Source: Bilabrum cf. latius (Eukaryota). From it: DNA of 64,000 bases. Position 1 is the stretch's first letter. The number at the start of each line of letters is the position of its first letter. The translations under genes were made by a program, and so were the position numbers. The notes under the pieces are model-generated. The model made no database searches, was not told where the DNA came from, and saw only the letters and a list, made by a program, of their open reading frames with translations. Where the stretch lies: assembly GCA_965178125.1 (NCBI GenBank), contig OZ237758.1, forward strand, positions 682,001-746,000, read 5' to 3'. Positions 63,101 to 64,000 of the stretch are shown here, one piece after another.

Positions 63101-64000
63101 GCCGAGCCAGCCTGGCTGCCTGCACTGGCCTGAGTACTGCCACCTGCACGTCAATACTACTACCAGATCCGGCAAATCGGATGGCATTGGCAAGGTAGTT
63201 CCTCACGCACTGCGCCAGCCTCTGTGTGTCGGCCACCACGGGTGGCACTTCCTCAAGGGCCTGCAGTCCGTCGTCATCGTACGCTGCTTTGCCCTCATCA
63301 ACAAGATCATACCCATCCTCTCGATCACTCAGCGACTCAGAGCCCTCTGTACCCAATGCCTCGTCTAGACCAGTGGCCACCTGCACCAGCGATGGACCCT
63401 GCGTGCCCTGCTTGCCATCTTCCTCAATTCCTGCAGCTGCATTCCGCGTGCTTGTGGCACGCACAAATTCGAGCGCTTCCGGCGGCAGCTCCCCATTCTC
63501 CAGCATCGCTCGTTTCTCGGCCAGCGACCGGGTCCGCTCATGCTGCTCCCTGCAGTCGTAGAACGACAGACGCATCGTCACGCCGCCCTCCTCGGCCTGG
63601 TGGATCAGCGTCACCAACGCAGAACGAATCGAGGATGCCAGCGTGCAAGGCCTCATCTTCAGCTGCAGACCCTGCGCCTCGATCTGAGCCATCAGCAGCA
63701 CGTCCGTGATGATGTGGTGCATCGCCACGCTGCTGGACCGCATGATGCGCACAGTAGACTCCATCTCCTCGCGGGCTTCCTCGATGGATGCCTGGTCCAA
63801 CCCCTCGCCCTGCTGCTGGCTCTCTACCATCTGCTGCTGCAGCTCCACCAGAGTCTCGTCCATCTGGTCCAGGCCCATGACCACGGAGGCGAAGGGCTGC
63901 TTGAGCTCGTGCAGGACGTACCGGGTGCGGGTCACGTGCCTCTCATTCTGTTCTTGCTCCATCTGCACCTTTGCGTTTATGGTTCGAATGGCCTCTGCCT
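60114..64000 (-). CDS. Hybrid histidine kinase HK4, cytoplasmic part (5' portion lies beyond the window)
   Basis: Track ORFs 62724, 62220, 61437, 61101, 60759 and 60114 share one frame joined by TAG. HisKA, HATPase and receiver are nearly identical to HK3. TGA 60114-60116. Confidence 0.9.

Larger units (their letters stand above)
52133..64000. repeat. Patchy inverted duplication: HK3 cytoplasmic region (about 52133-55718, +) versus HK4 (about 60232-64000, -)
   Basis: Long near-identical nucleotide blocks (HisKA, N-box region, G-boxes, receiver) in opposite orientation, interleaved with non-aligning linkers. The two arms flank the PDE and PUR-RRM genes. Confidence 0.9.

Noticed and set aside
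1-64000. tRNA (including a CUA suppressor), rRNA, CRISPR array or transposase
   Set aside because: None recognised by eye. The repeats present are coding paralog blocks; a tRNAscan-SE or Rfam run would be needed to exclude small RNAs.

Overview
Compact, GC-rich eukaryotic nuclear DNA with short GT-AG introns and divergent gene pairs about 150-270 bp apart. Three tubular-mastigoneme-type genes point to a flagellated stramenopile; the exact lineage is an inference. The main result is a non-standard nuclear genetic code: in-frame TAG behaves as a sense codon, almost certainly Gln, while genes end in TGA (16 cases) or TAA (2 cases). The supplied ORF track therefore fragments most genes. Re-read with TAG=Gln, the window holds about 18 intact genes, including NSE2/MMS21, PTEN, GnT-I, three mastigoneme proteins, an RCC1-BTB protein, a beta-propeller/multi-TM protein, a GT2 glycosyltransferase, a class I PDE and a PUR-RRM protein. 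It also holds four membrane hybrid histidine kinases. Three are complete, apparently intronless giants (about 3100-3700 aa) with LamG-like ectodomains, and the fourth is cut by the window end. All four have HATPase domains split by long insertions and show patchwork homogenisation between paralogs. No tRNA, rRNA, CRISPR array or clear transposon was recognised.
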